Below, in pieces: positions 1-9,871 of a DNA stretch of 64,000 nt. The notes beneath the pieces were generated by a model that worked only from the letters and a program-made list of their open reading frames with translations, ran no database searches and was not told the DNA's origin. Source of the DNA: Spirochaetia bacterium (lineage in GTDB: Bacteria; Spirochaetota; Spirochaetia; DSM-2461); assembly GCA_963668315.1 (NCBI GenBank), contig OY764216.1, positions 832,001-896,000 on the forward strand, read 5' to 3'. Position numbers and translations under genes: made by a program. Each line of letters opens with the position of its first letter. Positions within the stretch are counted from its first letter, which is position 1.

Positions 1-136
1 CCCTCAGGATCAGCTCCCGCCGGTCCGCTTCTATACCGTTCCAGAACTCCCGGTCGGTACAGGGCGGAAGATAACTTTCCCCGGGGAAGGGGAGTTTCAG
101 GTTTTCTGAGAGGGGCGGGAGCTTATCGCGGAGCAT
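1..136 (-). CDS. N-terminus of a gene running off the left edge (MLRDKLPPLSENLKLPFPGESYLPPCTDREFWNGIEADRRELILR...); possibly a heparinase II/III-like carbohydrate-active protein
   Basis: ATG at 136-134 three bases after the permease stop; open to the window edge. The 'LPP..DR.FW' N-terminus resembles heparinase II/III-family proteins in sugar operons (weak, only 45 aa visible). Confidence 0.45.
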   Translation of the reverse strand, partial: MLRDKLPPLSENLKLPFPGESYLPPCTDREFWNGIEADRRELILR

Positions 137-139
137 GGC

Positions 140-958
140 TTAACCCTTGATGCCGCTTGAGGCAATTCCCTGGATGAAATATCCCTGGAGACAGATAAAA
201 AGAATCATCACGGGGATAATGGAGATCATGGCGGCGGCCATCTGCGGTCCGTAGTAGACCAGATATTCGGTCACGAAGTCGGTCATACCCAGGGGGAGGG
301 TTTTCAGTTCCGGACTGGTCAGGTAAATCAGGGCCGAGAAGAATTCGTTCCAGAACCAGCGGAAGGAAAAGATCAGAACCGTGGCGAGAACGGTTTTGGC
401 CAGGGGCATGACGATTTTGAAGTAGATCATCCACTCTCCGGCCCCGTCTATGCGGGCCGATTCCAGAAGGGAGTCGGGAATGGTCATGAAGAACTGCTTG
501 ATCAGAAATGTTCCGAACACCGTGAAGGATGCCACGAGAATAAGGGCCAGATGGGTATCGTAGAGACCGATGGAACGGATGATCATGAACTGGGGAATGA
601 TAATGACCTGGATGGGAATCATCATGGACATGAGATAGAGGATGAAGATGAAATCCCGTCCCTTCCATTTGAGCTTGGAGAAAGCATAGGCTCCGGTGGA
701 TGCCGTCCCCAGCTGGATGACCGTACAGAAAAAGGTAACCTTGATGGAGTTCCAGATATAGAGGGGGAACATATTCAGCTGCTTGAAATTGAAGAGGCCC
801 GAATTGGCGGTGAACAGCGCCACGGGGTGATCGAAAATATCCACTTCGTTTTTGAAGGCGGCGGTGAATATGATATAGATGGGTATGATTACGGCAAGGG
901 ATGTAAAGAGAATGATGATCCCCGACAGGATGCTGCTGATTTTGATCTTAGATGTCAT
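140..958 (-). CDS. Carbohydrate ABC transporter permease (MalG-like)
   Basis: Multiple TM segments; EAA loop 'LLESARIDGAGEW'. Confidence 0.95.
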   Translation of the reverse strand: MTSKIKISSILSGIIILFTSLAVIIPIYIIFTAAFKNEVDIFDHPVALFTANSGLFNFKQLNMFPLYIWNSIKVTFFCTVIQLGTASTGAYAFSKLKWKGRDFIFILYLMSMMIPIQVIIIPQFMIIRSIGLYDTHLALILVASFTVFGTFLIKQFFMTIPDSLLESARIDGAGEWMIYFKIVMPLAKTVLATVLIFSFRWFWNEFFSALIYLTSPELKTLPLGMTDFVTEYLVYYGPQMAAAMISIIPVMILFICLQGYFIQGIASSGIKG

Positions 959-1847
959 AGGTCACCCACTTTTTTTGGTTCTGGAACTGCACCAGTGTTA
1001 CGATGAGAATGATGAGAAGCAGAATAAGCGACTCGGCCGAAGCGTAGCCGAAGCGGAAATTCCGGAAGGAATTCTGGTAAATATCGTATACGACTACGTT
1101 GGTGCTTCCCGCCGGTCCGCCTCCGTCCGTCCCGCCGGTCATCATGAATATCTGGTCGAAGACCTTGAAGCTGTTGATGATGCACATGGTCATGGCAAAG
1201 AACATGGTGGGGCTGAGCATGGGCAGGGTGACGCGGAAAAATTTCTGCACGTCGTTGGCTCCGTCGATGTCGGCCGCTTCGTAAAGGGAAGGATTTATTC
1301 CCTGGAGTCCTCCCAGGAAAATTACCATATAGTATCCGAAGGACATCCACAGGACCACCATGATGATGGACAGGAGAGCCGTATCGGGACTTGTCAGCCA
1401 GGGGGAAGGCGGCAGTTTAAGCATGGCGAGAATCTGATTGGCCACGCCTTTGGTCGGATGGAAAATCAGGGAAAAGGCCAGGGAGATACCTACCGAAGAG
1501 AGGACGTTGGGCATGAAGAAGAGGCTTCTGAAAAATGTCTGGCCCAGGAAGTTTCTGTTCAGTATGAGCGCGAAAAGCAGGCCCATGATGATTTGAAGGG
1601 AGACGCCCATGATGACGAACTTGAAGGTTACGACCATGGACTGGAGGAAGTGCTTGTCCTTCGCGATGAGAAGGTAGTTCTGCAAACCCACGAATTTCCA
1701 GTTCGGCCCTCCCGAATAGTTGGTGAAAGACACGAACAGCGTGGAAAGCATGGGAACGAATACGAAGAGAATAAACCCGATAAAGCCCGGCAGCAGAAAA
1801 CTGAGAACCGTGGGCCAGGAGGTCTTCTCCAGAGATTTTATTTTCAT
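948..1847 (-). CDS. Carbohydrate ABC transporter permease (MalF/UgpA-like)
   Basis: 'FVGLQNY', EAA loop 'LYEAADIDGA', 'MTGG...GGP'. Confidence 0.95.
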   Translation of the reverse strand: MKIKSLEKTSWPTVLSFLLPGFIGFILFVFVPMLSTLFVSFTNYSGGPNWKFVGLQNYLLIAKDKHFLQSMVVTFKFVIMGVSLQIIMGLLFALILNRNFLGQTFFRSLFFMPNVLSSVGISLAFSLIFHPTKGVANQILAMLKLPPSPWLTSPDTALLSIIMVVLWMSFGYYMVIFLGGLQGINPSLYEAADIDGANDVQKFFRVTLPMLSPTMFFAMTMCIINSFKVFDQIFMMTGGTDGGGPAGSTNVVVYDIYQNSFRNFRFGYASAESLILLLIILIVTLVQFQNQKKWVTYDI

Positions 1848-1865
1848 GTTTGATGGCTCCGGAAA

Positions 1866-1887
1866 GGGGGAGAATCGCTTCTCCCCC
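1866..1887. other. Intergenic stem-loop after the SBP gene (mRNA-stabilising or partial terminator)
   Basis: GGGGGAGAA-TCGC-TTCTCCCCC, perfect 9-bp stem between SBP and first permease. Confidence 0.6.
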
Positions 1888-1894
1888 GTGGTAT

Positions 1895-3190
1895 TTAGTT
1901 TGTGGTATCTACGATAGTCTGCATTTCTTCTTTGAACGCGGGTATCAGCTCGTCATCGCCGATTTCGCCGATGAGGTATTTTTCCACGTACTGGCTGATG
2001 ATCTGCTCGACCTTGCTGCCGTACTTGGTATAGAAGAAGGGCCTGACGGGAACGTCTTCGGTAAAGTACTCCAGAGATGTCTTGTCGGGGATGTTGGAAG
2101 CCAGAACTTCCATGACCTTGTCGTCAACCATGGGGGGCAGGAATCCCATATCCGCTTCCACCAGGGCTCCCTCGGGGCTGGCCATCCAGGCGAGGACTTC
2201 AAAGGCGGCATCTTTTTTCTTGGATTTGGCGTGTACGTGGCCGAAGGTGGCCGCGCCTACGGAGTAGTAGTCGGGGGAATCGCTGGGCATGCGGGTAATG
2301 CGGAAGTCGTCCAGGGTATAATCATTGATGAGGCCCTTGTTGAATCCGTTTCTTACCGTGCCGGGGAACCATTCGCCGATGATCAGCATGGGAGCCATTC
2401 CCGTGTAAAAAACCTGGGAATAGTGGGTCTTGGTCACTTTGAGGTCGACCAGTCTGGGCATATCCAGGCCGTCTTCCAGGGTTTTTCTGATCTTGAAGGA
2501 CTTCACGAGAGACTCATCCACATCGACGGTTCCGTCGGGATTGATGAAATTCATGCCCTCCTGGGCGGCGGGGTAGACGTTGCAGCTTCCCCAGGTGTAG
2601 AGGCAGGAACCGTAGGTTTTTTCGTCGTTTTCGGAGAGCTGCTGGGAGAGCTCCACGAATTTGTCCCAGGTCCAGTCTCCCTGCTCCACCAGCTCGGTGG
2701 GAGTGGGAAGTCCTTTCTCTTCGAAGGGCTTTACATTGTAGTAGGTGTAGTATTTTCCCGCCCGGTGGGGAAGGGCCACGATATCGTCTCCGATCGTAAT
2801 GGAGGCATCCCAGGCTTTGATCTGATTGTAATCGTATCCGTGGGAGGCAATGAGGTCATTCAGAGGTTCGATGTACCCATTGTAATACTGGGGAAACATA
2901 TCCGTCTGGGACTTCTGCATATAAGCATCGATGGTCACGCCTCCGGCGAGCAGCGTCGTCAGCTTTGAACCGTAATCGGCGGGTACAATGTACTTCGGGT
3001 TTATCTTAACGTCCTTGTCCTGCTGGTTGTAGACATCAAAGAATTCGGAATACTCGTCATTTCCATCGGACCAGACATAGAAATCAACCGTTTCTGCGCC
3101 CCCTGCGGCTGTAGAGCCGTCCGCCTTGCCGTTGGCTGTTAAAGCCATGCACGCGGATAAGATGATAAACAGGGCTACCCATTTTTTCAT
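1895..3190 (-). CDS. Sugar ABC transporter substrate-binding protein
   Basis: Signal peptide MKKWVALFIILSACMALTANG with AAGGAG RBS; family-1 SBP features; position in operon. Confidence 0.92.
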   Translation of the reverse strand: MKKWVALFIILSACMALTANGKADGSTAAGGAETVDFYVWSDGNDEYSEFFDVYNQQDKDVKINPKYIVPADYGSKLTTLLAGGVTIDAYMQKSQTDMFPQYYNGYIEPLNDLIASHGYDYNQIKAWDASITIGDDIVALPHRAGKYYTYYNVKPFEEKGLPTPTELVEQGDWTWDKFVELSQQLSENDEKTYGSCLYTWGSCNVYPAAQEGMNFINPDGTVDVDESLVKSFKIRKTLEDGLDMPRLVDLKVTKTHYSQVFYTGMAPMLIIGEWFPGTVRNGFNKGLINDYTLDDFRITRMPSDSPDYYSVGAATFGHVHAKSKKKDAAFEVLAWMASPEGALVEADMGFLPPMVDDKVMEVLASNIPDKTSLEYFTEDVPVRPFFYTKYGSKVEQIISQYVEKYLIGEIGDDELIPAFKEEMQTIVDTTN

Positions 3191-3331
3191 AAAAATCTCC
3201 TTTTGGTGGGATATGATCACACCGTGCTTGAAAGTTGGTTTCATTATTTGATCAGCCCGGGTATCTGTCTATTCACCATTTTAACAATAACTCGTCAATG
3301 GAATCATTTTGACTTGTTAGTTTACTTAAAA

Positions 3332-5617
3332 TTAAGCAGATTGATTATTTCGCCGGTATTGGGCCGGGGTCAGACCGGTCCCTTTTTTAAAGGATGTGAA
3401 GAAGGAGTTATAGTTGATGAATCCGGCTTTCTCGTAAAGCTCTTTGATGGGTTCCTGGGTTTCCCGGAGAAGACGGCACGCTTCTTCCTGGCGAAGCTGG
3501 ATGATCCTTTCCGACAGGGAGCCGTGGGTGTGGTCCCGGTAGATTTTTCTCAGGTAGTTGGGAGACAGACCTGTCTCGAGGGCCAGGGTCTGAACGCAGA
3601 AGGAGGGATCGGTGAAGTTTTTGCTTAATGCCTTCTCAATCATCCGGTAGTGGGCCAGGGTCTTTCTGTTGGCGCTGTTCTTCTCCTTGAGGATTTCCGA
3701 GATAATCGTTGTGAAAAAGAGGGAGAAGCTATCCAGGGTTTCCAGGGTCTGAGGGTTGTTTCTCACATGGATAAGGCGGGGAATGAGGGGAGAGTCCTTC
3801 CAGTCCTTCACGATGAGTAGGAAACGGTAGGAAAAGAGATTGATGAACTGCCGGTAGTTGCGGTAAGTCCCCTTTTTCAAAAATATGATGATCTGATCGA
3901 ACTTATGGAAGCACTGCTCCCTGTCCGACAGGAGGAGGGCGGAGAAAAAGCAGTCCATATAACGGGGGGGCAGGATGGGAAGGGACGCCGTTCCTACTTC
4001 GGCCCGGTGGATTTTTCCAAAGCCCGTCAGGAATTTTTCTCCCGCCTTTTCCACGGCGTCCTCATAAAGCAGATGAAGTTCGTTGGGGCTGTTCATCTGG
4101 CGGGAGGAGCATCCCAGGCTCAGGGAGATGGGCATCTCCTGAAGGAGTTTTCCATGGAGGCGGGCGATGCGTTCGAAGGAATCCTCCTTCCGGGGTATGA
4201 GGCAGACGAGATTGCGGCTGGTCATGTCTATAAGCATCTCATCCTCTTCCTCGAGGGATTCACGGATTGTCTCGATCAGTTTTTTTCTTATCTGGCGGAA
4301 ACGGAGAGGATCCATGGCGCTGCATCTTTCATAAAAATCGTCAATCTGAAACAGGTAAAGCTCCAGGAATCCGCTCAAAAGAAGCTGATCCTTCGGCTGG
4401 AGTTCGTCCATCCAGAAATGATAGTGGTTTCCATCCAGAAGGGAGTGGTAGATTTCCACCCGGTAGTCTTCGTTGAGGTTCTGGAGAGAATCTTCCAGAA
4501 AATCCTTTTCCGAGAGGATATGGAGGTAGTGTTCCTGAATCAGGGCAATCTCATTCTTTTGGGAGATAAAGCATGATTTGTCCCTGCGGCTGCCGGAGGA
4601 GACGAAATCAAGGAGTTTATTGATGGGTCTGTAGATAAACCGGGCGCTGAAGTAGGAGAAGAGGAAAGCCGCCAGCATGAAGAGGGACATCACGGTCATG
4701 ACGGTTTTTGTCACCTGCGAGATATCCCTGTTGATGTTTTCCAGAGGCATGATCCCGATGAAATACCATCCCAGCCGGAAATTGTACTGGAAAGAGATCA
4801 GTTTTCCGTTCTCGAAGATGACTCCCTGCTCCTTATCGAGGGCCCGGATCTCCTCGTAAATTCTTTCCCTTTCGTCCGGAAGGGTTTCGCCGCAATGGGT
4901 AATATACTCTCCGTTCTGGTTGTAGATGAATATTTCGTCCTTTGAGTCGGAAAGCTCGGCTGAGAGAAGGGACGTGACTTCGTCCAGATCCATATTGACA
5001 ATGATCGCCCCCTTGAGATGGGCTTTCTGGGTGGGGGTTGTTCCCATAAGGAGGGTCAGGGTCCGTTTCTGTATATGAATGGTCGACTGGTAGGGGGAGA
5101 GGGGAAAACAGGCTGTGCGGGGCCAGTAGTAATCGACAAAATCGCGGTTGAAATTCGTCAGGATATCCAGGACCTCTTTGTCGTAGAAATCATCCGCATC
5201 TTCCAGGCCGGAGGTGGTGGTGAGAAAGAAATTCATCTGTCCGTTGTAGAGGTAGATGGAGTGGATGAGGGGATAAGAGAGGAGCATGTCGTCCAGTGAA
5301 TCCATCCCCAGCATGATCTCATATCTGGTCAGATGATCGGAAAACATCAGATTGCTGTAGAAAAACGTGTACATGCTGGCTTCTTTTATCCCGGGGATGA
5401 GCTGGGCGTGAATGCTGTCAAAGAGAATGCTCAGCTGGGTGATATTCCTCTGGTGCTTTTCGGCGAAAGCGTCGGTCATGACATGGGTGGTCTCGTTGTT
5501 GTAATAAGCCGTGGACAGTATGATCAGTGTCGAGCTGAAAAACAGAAAGAGAATAAGGATGGAGAAGAAATATCTTTTTGTTGCCTTGGGCGATTTGACT
5601 GACGCGGTTTGCCTCAT
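3332..5617 (-). CDS. Membrane-anchored AraC-family regulator with extracytoplasmic sensor domain (YesS/YtdP-like)
   Basis: Two TM helices flanking a ~270-aa sensor region; C-terminal AraC double HTH 'GFINYNSFFTSFKKGTGLTPAQYR'. Confidence 0.88.
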   Translation of the reverse strand: MRQTASVKSPKATKRYFFSILILFLFFSSTLIILSTAYYNNETTHVMTDAFAEKHQRNITQLSILFDSIHAQLIPGIKEASMYTFFYSNLMFSDHLTRYEIMLGMDSLDDMLLSYPLIHSIYLYNGQMNFFLTTTSGLEDADDFYDKEVLDILTNFNRDFVDYYWPRTACFPLSPYQSTIHIQKRTLTLLMGTTPTQKAHLKGAIIVNMDLDEVTSLLSAELSDSKDEIFIYNQNGEYITHCGETLPDERERIYEEIRALDKEQGVIFENGKLISFQYNFRLGWYFIGIMPLENINRDISQVTKTVMTVMSLFMLAAFLFSYFSARFIYRPINKLLDFVSSGSRRDKSCFISQKNEIALIQEHYLHILSEKDFLEDSLQNLNEDYRVEIYHSLLDGNHYHFWMDELQPKDQLLLSGFLELYLFQIDDFYERCSAMDPLRFRQIRKKLIETIRESLEEEDEMLIDMTSRNLVCLIPRKEDSFERIARLHGKLLQEMPISLSLGCSSRQMNSPNELHLLYEDAVEKAGEKFLTGFGKIHRAEVGTASLPILPPRYMDCFFSALLLSDREQCFHKFDQIIIFLKKGTYRNYRQFINLFSYRFLLIVKDWKDSPLIPRLIHVRNNPQTLETLDSFSLFFTTIISEILKEKNSANRKTLAHYRMIEKALSKNFTDPSFCVQTLALETGLSPNYLRKIYRDHTHGSLSERIIQLRQEEACRLLRETQEPIKELYEKAGFINYNSFFTSFKKGTGLTPAQYRRNNQSA

Positions 5618-5682
5618 GGGCAAAGTATACCATCTAACGCGGCAATTGCCTAAGAAAAAAAGGAATGAATTCGGAGCCGCTT

Positions 5683-5717
5683 AGCAGAGGGTCCCGGGAA
5701 CCTCTGCTTCTTTTTTT
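5683..5717. terminator. Intrinsic terminator-like hairpin
   Basis: AGCAGAGG-GTCCCGGGAA-CCTCTGCT followed by a T-run; lies just downstream of the lipoprotein gene. Confidence 0.6.
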
Positions 5718-5728
5718 ATGACAGGAGT

Positions 5729-6097
5729 CTACCGGTTCAGGGAAAGAGCAACAGCCCCCGATGCGACGGGATCGTTTCCCACCGTGACAACGGCGGCATC
5801 CGTCTGGGAGACATCGGCCCACTGGAGATCCTTGGAACCGTCGGCAAAGGTAACGGCGACGGTATAGATCGACTTGCTGGATACGTCGTATACCTGCGTC
5901 TGTAGCGGGGAATGGGGAACAGTATCGAGCTTCTTTACTTCCTTTCCAAGAAGGATTTCAACCAGGGCGATCTCCTTACCCGATTTGTTTTCCACGGTGA
6001 TGTGCGAATTGGATTTGAAAACCCCCTCGAACATATTGCATCCGCTGAATATGACAGCGAGAGAAAATAACAGGACGTGTCCGGCTTTAATTGTCAT
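5729..6097 (-). CDS. Small hypothetical lipoprotein
   Basis: Lipobox-like 'VIFSGC'; AGAGG RBS; beta-rich mature part. Confidence 0.75.
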   Translation of the reverse strand: MTIKAGHVLLFSLAVIFSGCNMFEGVFKSNSHITVENKSGKEIALVEILLGKEVKKLDTVPHSPLQTQVYDVSSKSIYTVAVTFADGSKDLQWADVSQTDAAVVTVGNDPVASGAVALSLNR

Positions 6098-6265
6098 GGC
6101 AATAACCTCTATATAATAGGAACGGCAATAGTGTTCCTCTGTTTTTTTTCTAATATACTTCTCAATTTGTAAAAATCAGGGAAAATTTGAAGATTTTGTG
6201 TGCAATGTTAAAAAAATGTAAATATTGGCTCTTTTCCGATTGTTGAAACAGAGGATTATGCTAAC

Positions 6266-6730
6266 ATGGGAGGGATGAAATATTTACTGAGGATTCTTTA
6301 TTTCGGCGCCAAGGTGTATTGGCGCCTTTTCAGACCAAAAACTCTCGGCAGCCGTACGATGATGATACGGGAAGGGCATATCCTTCTGGTCAAGCACAGC
6401 TACCAGAATTACTGGTTCTTCCCCGGCGGGGGAGTAAAATGGGGGGAAACCTACGAGGAAGCCGCCCTGAGGGAAATGAAGGAAGAAGCGGGCGCCGAGG
6501 GCGGCAATCTGAGTTTCCTGGGGGTCTATAACAGCTACACCCAGGGAAAAAGCGATTCGGTGGCTCTCTTCCTCTGCGAGGATTTTACCTATACCGGCCG
6601 GAGCGACGGCGAAATTGAAGAGGTGAGGCTGTTCCCCCTGGATCAGCCCCCGGAAAATCTGTCTCCCGGATGCGCCCGAAGACTGAAAGAGTACAGGGCG
6701 GGAAAACTGGCTGATAGCGGCAGGTGGTGA
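6266..6730 (+). CDS. NUDIX hydrolase
   Basis: Nudix box 'GGGVKWGETYEEAALREMKEEAG'. Confidence 0.92.
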   Translation: MGGMKYLLRILYFGAKVYWRLFRPKTLGSRTMMIREGHILLVKHSYQNYWFFPGGGVKWGETYEEAALREMKEEAGAEGGNLSFLGVYNSYTQGKSDSVALFLCEDFTYTGRSDGEIEEVRLFPLDQPPENLSPGCARRLKEYRAGKLADSGRW

Positions 6731-6740
6731 TCCCCGCTGA

Positions 6741-7745
6741 TTATTTCGGTTTACGGCTGGTATTCCGGATCACCAGATCGGGGGTGATCAGTATTCTCCG
6801 CGGTTCCGTATCGGCCCCGTGTATCAGATAATCCAGCAGATCCAGGGCGGCGTGGGCCACGCTGGGGGTTTTCATATCTACCGAACTGAGCCCGTTGCTG
6901 GTGGCCAGTATCGTATTGTCGTGGCTTAACAGGGTAATGTCTTCGGGAACCCGGAATCCGCAGTCCCTTATGGCGTTCAGAGCTCCCACGCCCATAATAT
7001 CGTTACTCGTAAAAACGGCGGAGGGAATATCGCCCTTCTTCAGAACCTTTTTCACGGCTTCATAGGTTACGTCTATCCCCTTTTCATGGTCGACGTGCTC
7101 AAGGGTCAGCACATCCTCCGGGCGGGGAGGGAAGCCGGCTTTCGTCATCTCTTCACGCCAGACCCGCTCTTTCTGTTCAAAGGAGAAACCGAAGTCTCCC
7201 CTGATAAAGAGCTGTCTGCCATGGCCGTCTTCCAGCAGATAACGGGCGGCCCGCCTCATTCCCGCCTCCTGGTCCACCATCACGGCATTGATGTCGTAGA
7301 GTTCCTTGTTTGAATGGACCAGCACGAGAGGGATTCTTTCGGCCAGCTTGTGGAAGAAGTCCGATTCGTAACTCTGCAGGGGAGGATCCTGGAGGATGAG
7401 CCCTTCCACGCCCCGGGCCAGCAGATCGGATATGCTTCTATACTGACCATCGTATGTATCGCTCCGGTTGAGATAGACAAGGATTCCCTTTTCCGCACAC
7501 CGGTCAATAACGGTTTCGGCAAATTCCATGGTGTAATAATTCGTTACACTATGCGTTACAATGGCGAGGGCCTTCTGAGGTGTGCCCAGTGTTCTTTTTG
7601 TCAAATCATCGGGAAGATGGTTCAATTCCCTGATAACGGCCTCAACCTTTTCCCGGGTTTCCTTTTTGACGGGTCCGTTGTTCATTACCCGTGAAACCGT
7701 GGCGGTCGAAACGCCGGATGCTTTAGCTATTTCATTTACAGTCAT
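6741..7745 (-). CDS. LacI-family transcriptional regulator
   Basis: HTH 'TVNEIAKASGVSTATVSRVMN'; C-terminal 'VPEDITLLSHD'; divergent from the sugar operon. Confidence 0.95.
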   Translation of the reverse strand: MTVNEIAKASGVSTATVSRVMNNGPVKKETREKVEAVIRELNHLPDDLTKRTLGTPQKALAIVTHSVTNYYTMEFAETVIDRCAEKGILVYLNRSDTYDGQYRSISDLLARGVEGLILQDPPLQSYESDFFHKLAERIPLVLVHSNKELYDINAVMVDQEAGMRRAARYLLEDGHGRQLFIRGDFGFSFEQKERVWREEMTKAGFPPRPEDVLTLEHVDHEKGIDVTYEAVKKVLKKGDIPSAVFTSNDIMGVGALNAIRDCGFRVPEDITLLSHDNTILATSNGLSSVDMKTPSVAHAALDLLDYLIHGADTEPRRILITPDLVIRNTSRKPK

Positions 7746-7854
7746 ATAAATACACTCTATTCTATCTATTCTATGTTTTGCTCGGGAGAGCACATTTCAT
7801 TATCTCTTTTTCTGAAGAATCTGTCAAGAATTGGGGAAAATCCTTTTTCAATTA

Positions 7855-7870
7855 ATGTAACGCGTTACAT
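7855..7870. promoter_or_regulatory. Probable operator of the adjacent LacI regulator
   Basis: Perfect 16-bp palindrome ATGTAACGCGTTACAT in the divergent intergenic region. Confidence 0.75.
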
Positions 7871-7950
7871 AAGATATGAAAAATGTTGCAAAAAAGCTTT
7901 ACAAAATGGAACAAGTGATCTTATACTAAAAAAAGTTAAGGGAGACTGTT

Positions 7951-8874
7951 ATGGATAATATGGCTGTTTCTGTACAGCGGACTTCAAAAAACAAGGGAAG
8001 AGTCAAAAGTCTGGACCGACAGGGATTCGGTGCTTTTCTTTTTCTTATTCCCAGCTTGATCGGCTTTGCCGCTTTTTTCATCGTACCGGCGGTAAGAGGC
8101 GCATTTTTAAGTTTGACCGATTGGGATCTTCTCGGAAAACCGAACTTCGTCGGTCTGGAAAATTACGGGAAGCTGTTAACCGACGGGGAATTCTGGAATT
8201 CCATGCTGGTGACGGTGAAGTATGTTTTCTGGAATATCCCTCTTCAGACAATCCTGGCACTTGCCATCGCCCTTGTTATGGACAGGGTTACCAAATCAAA
8301 TGTTTTTCGAGGCGTGATTCTGATTCCCTGGCTGCTGCCCAATGTGGTCGTGGCCCTTCTCTGGCTCTGGCTGCTCGATCCGGCGGTAGGCGTCATCAAC
8401 AGCACGGTCCAGAGCTGGGGATGGAAGCCGATAAACTTCCTTACTTCCACGGAACTGGCTCTGCCCTCCATCGCGGGGATCAATATCTGGCGACACATGG
8501 GTTACACGGCCCTTATCGTTTTTGCCGGACTTCAGGGAATCCCCCGGGAAGTGGAGGAGGCGGCCTTGATAGACGGGGCCTCTCCATGGACCAGATTTAC
8601 GAAGATTATTCTGCCCTATCTGCGACCGGTTCTGGCCTTCGTTATTATAACGTCGGTCATCGGCTCCTTCCAGATTTACGATACGGTCGCCATTACGACA
8701 AAGGGCGGACCTATCACGGCGACCTACGTCATCTATCTTTTCATCTATAAAAACGGATTTGAGAGTTACCTGATGGGGTATGCCACGGCGGCGTCTATGG
8801 TTCTGTTCGCTATTCTCATGGGAGTCAGCTTCCTTCAGATGAGAATCATGCGGGCCAGCGAAAGCGATTTTTAA
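7951..8874 (+). CDS. Carbohydrate ABC transporter permease
   Basis: 'FVGLENY', 'EEAALIDGA', 'TKGGP'. Confidence 0.95.
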   Translation: MDNMAVSVQRTSKNKGRVKSLDRQGFGAFLFLIPSLIGFAAFFIVPAVRGAFLSLTDWDLLGKPNFVGLENYGKLLTDGEFWNSMLVTVKYVFWNIPLQTILALAIALVMDRVTKSNVFRGVILIPWLLPNVVVALLWLWLLDPAVGVINSTVQSWGWKPINFLTSTELALPSIAGINIWRHMGYTALIVFAGLQGIPREVEEAALIDGASPWTRFTKIILPYLRPVLAFVIITSVIGSFQIYDTVAITTKGGPITATYVIYLFIYKNGFESYLMGYATAASMVLFAILMGVSFLQMRIMRASESDF

Positions 8875-8895
8875 TCGGCAGGACAGGAGAAAAGA

Positions 8896-9798
8896 ATGGC
8901 AAATTCAAAGAGTATGGCTAATCATAATACCAAGTTATCCAAGGGGATTCTCTGGGCGCTTATCGTCCTGCTCCTTGTGGTGACCCTTTTTCCCTTCTTC
9001 TGGGTTTTCAGGACTTCCCTGACCCCGAAGAATCTGATTTTTACCGAACCGACGGCGATATTCCCCTCGGTCAGAACATGGACCCATTACGGACGCGTCC
9101 TGGGGCTTATAGACAAGGCGCGGGCCATTGAGCTGGGCGGAACAGGGCAGTCGGTGAACTTCGGACTGAACATCGTCAATTCCTTTATTGTGGCCATAGG
9201 GGTGACCATCTTTCAGGTTCTCTTCTCTTCCATGGCCGCCTTTGCCTTTGCCCGGCTGAAGTTCCGGTTCAGAGAGACCCTTTTCGCCTTGTATGTTTCC
9301 ACCCTGATGATTCCCGGCATCGTCATGATGCTTCCCAACTTCGTTCTGATCAAGGATCTGAGACTGCTGAATACCTATCTGGGGATCATGGCCCCCACCC
9401 TGCTTATGACCCCCTTCGCCGTATTCTTTCTCAGGCAGTTCATGCTGGGTATTAATAAGGAACTGGAGGAAGCGGCCTTTCTGGACGGAGCCGGCCTGGG
9501 GAGAACGTTCTGGGAAATTATCGTTCCCCTCTGTACCAATGCCATGATGACCCTGGCCGTCATCACGTTCATAAGCACGTGGAACGATTATATGTGGCCC
9601 CTTATCGTGGGCAAGAAAGAGGAAATACGCACTCTGACCGTCGCTCTGGGGATCTTCCGTCTTCAGACACCCCAGGGACAGCCTGACTGGGGCGGCATGA
9701 TGGCCGGAGCGACATTGGCCATGATCCCCACGCTGGGAATCCTGATCGCCTTCGGCAAAAGGATCGTCAATTCCATCGGTTTTTCCGGCTTTCGCTAG
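8896..9798 (+). CDS. Carbohydrate ABC transporter permease
   Basis: 'LEEAAFLDGA', 'WNDYMWPLI'. Confidence 0.95.
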   Translation: MANSKSMANHNTKLSKGILWALIVLLLVVTLFPFFWVFRTSLTPKNLIFTEPTAIFPSVRTWTHYGRVLGLIDKARAIELGGTGQSVNFGLNIVNSFIVAIGVTIFQVLFSSMAAFAFARLKFRFRETLFALYVSTLMIPGIVMMLPNFVLIKDLRLLNTYLGIMAPTLLMTPFAVFFLRQFMLGINKELEEAAFLDGAGLGRTFWEIIVPLCTNAMMTLAVITFISTWNDYMWPLIVGKKEEIRTLTVALGIFRLQTPQGQPDWGGMMAGATLAMIPTLGILIAFGKRIVNSIGFSGFR

Positions 9799-9871
9799 GA
9801 ACACCGGAACATAACGGATTTACTGCTTCCCCTCGGGGAGGCTGGAAATAAAGAATTAAAGGAGTTTTACA

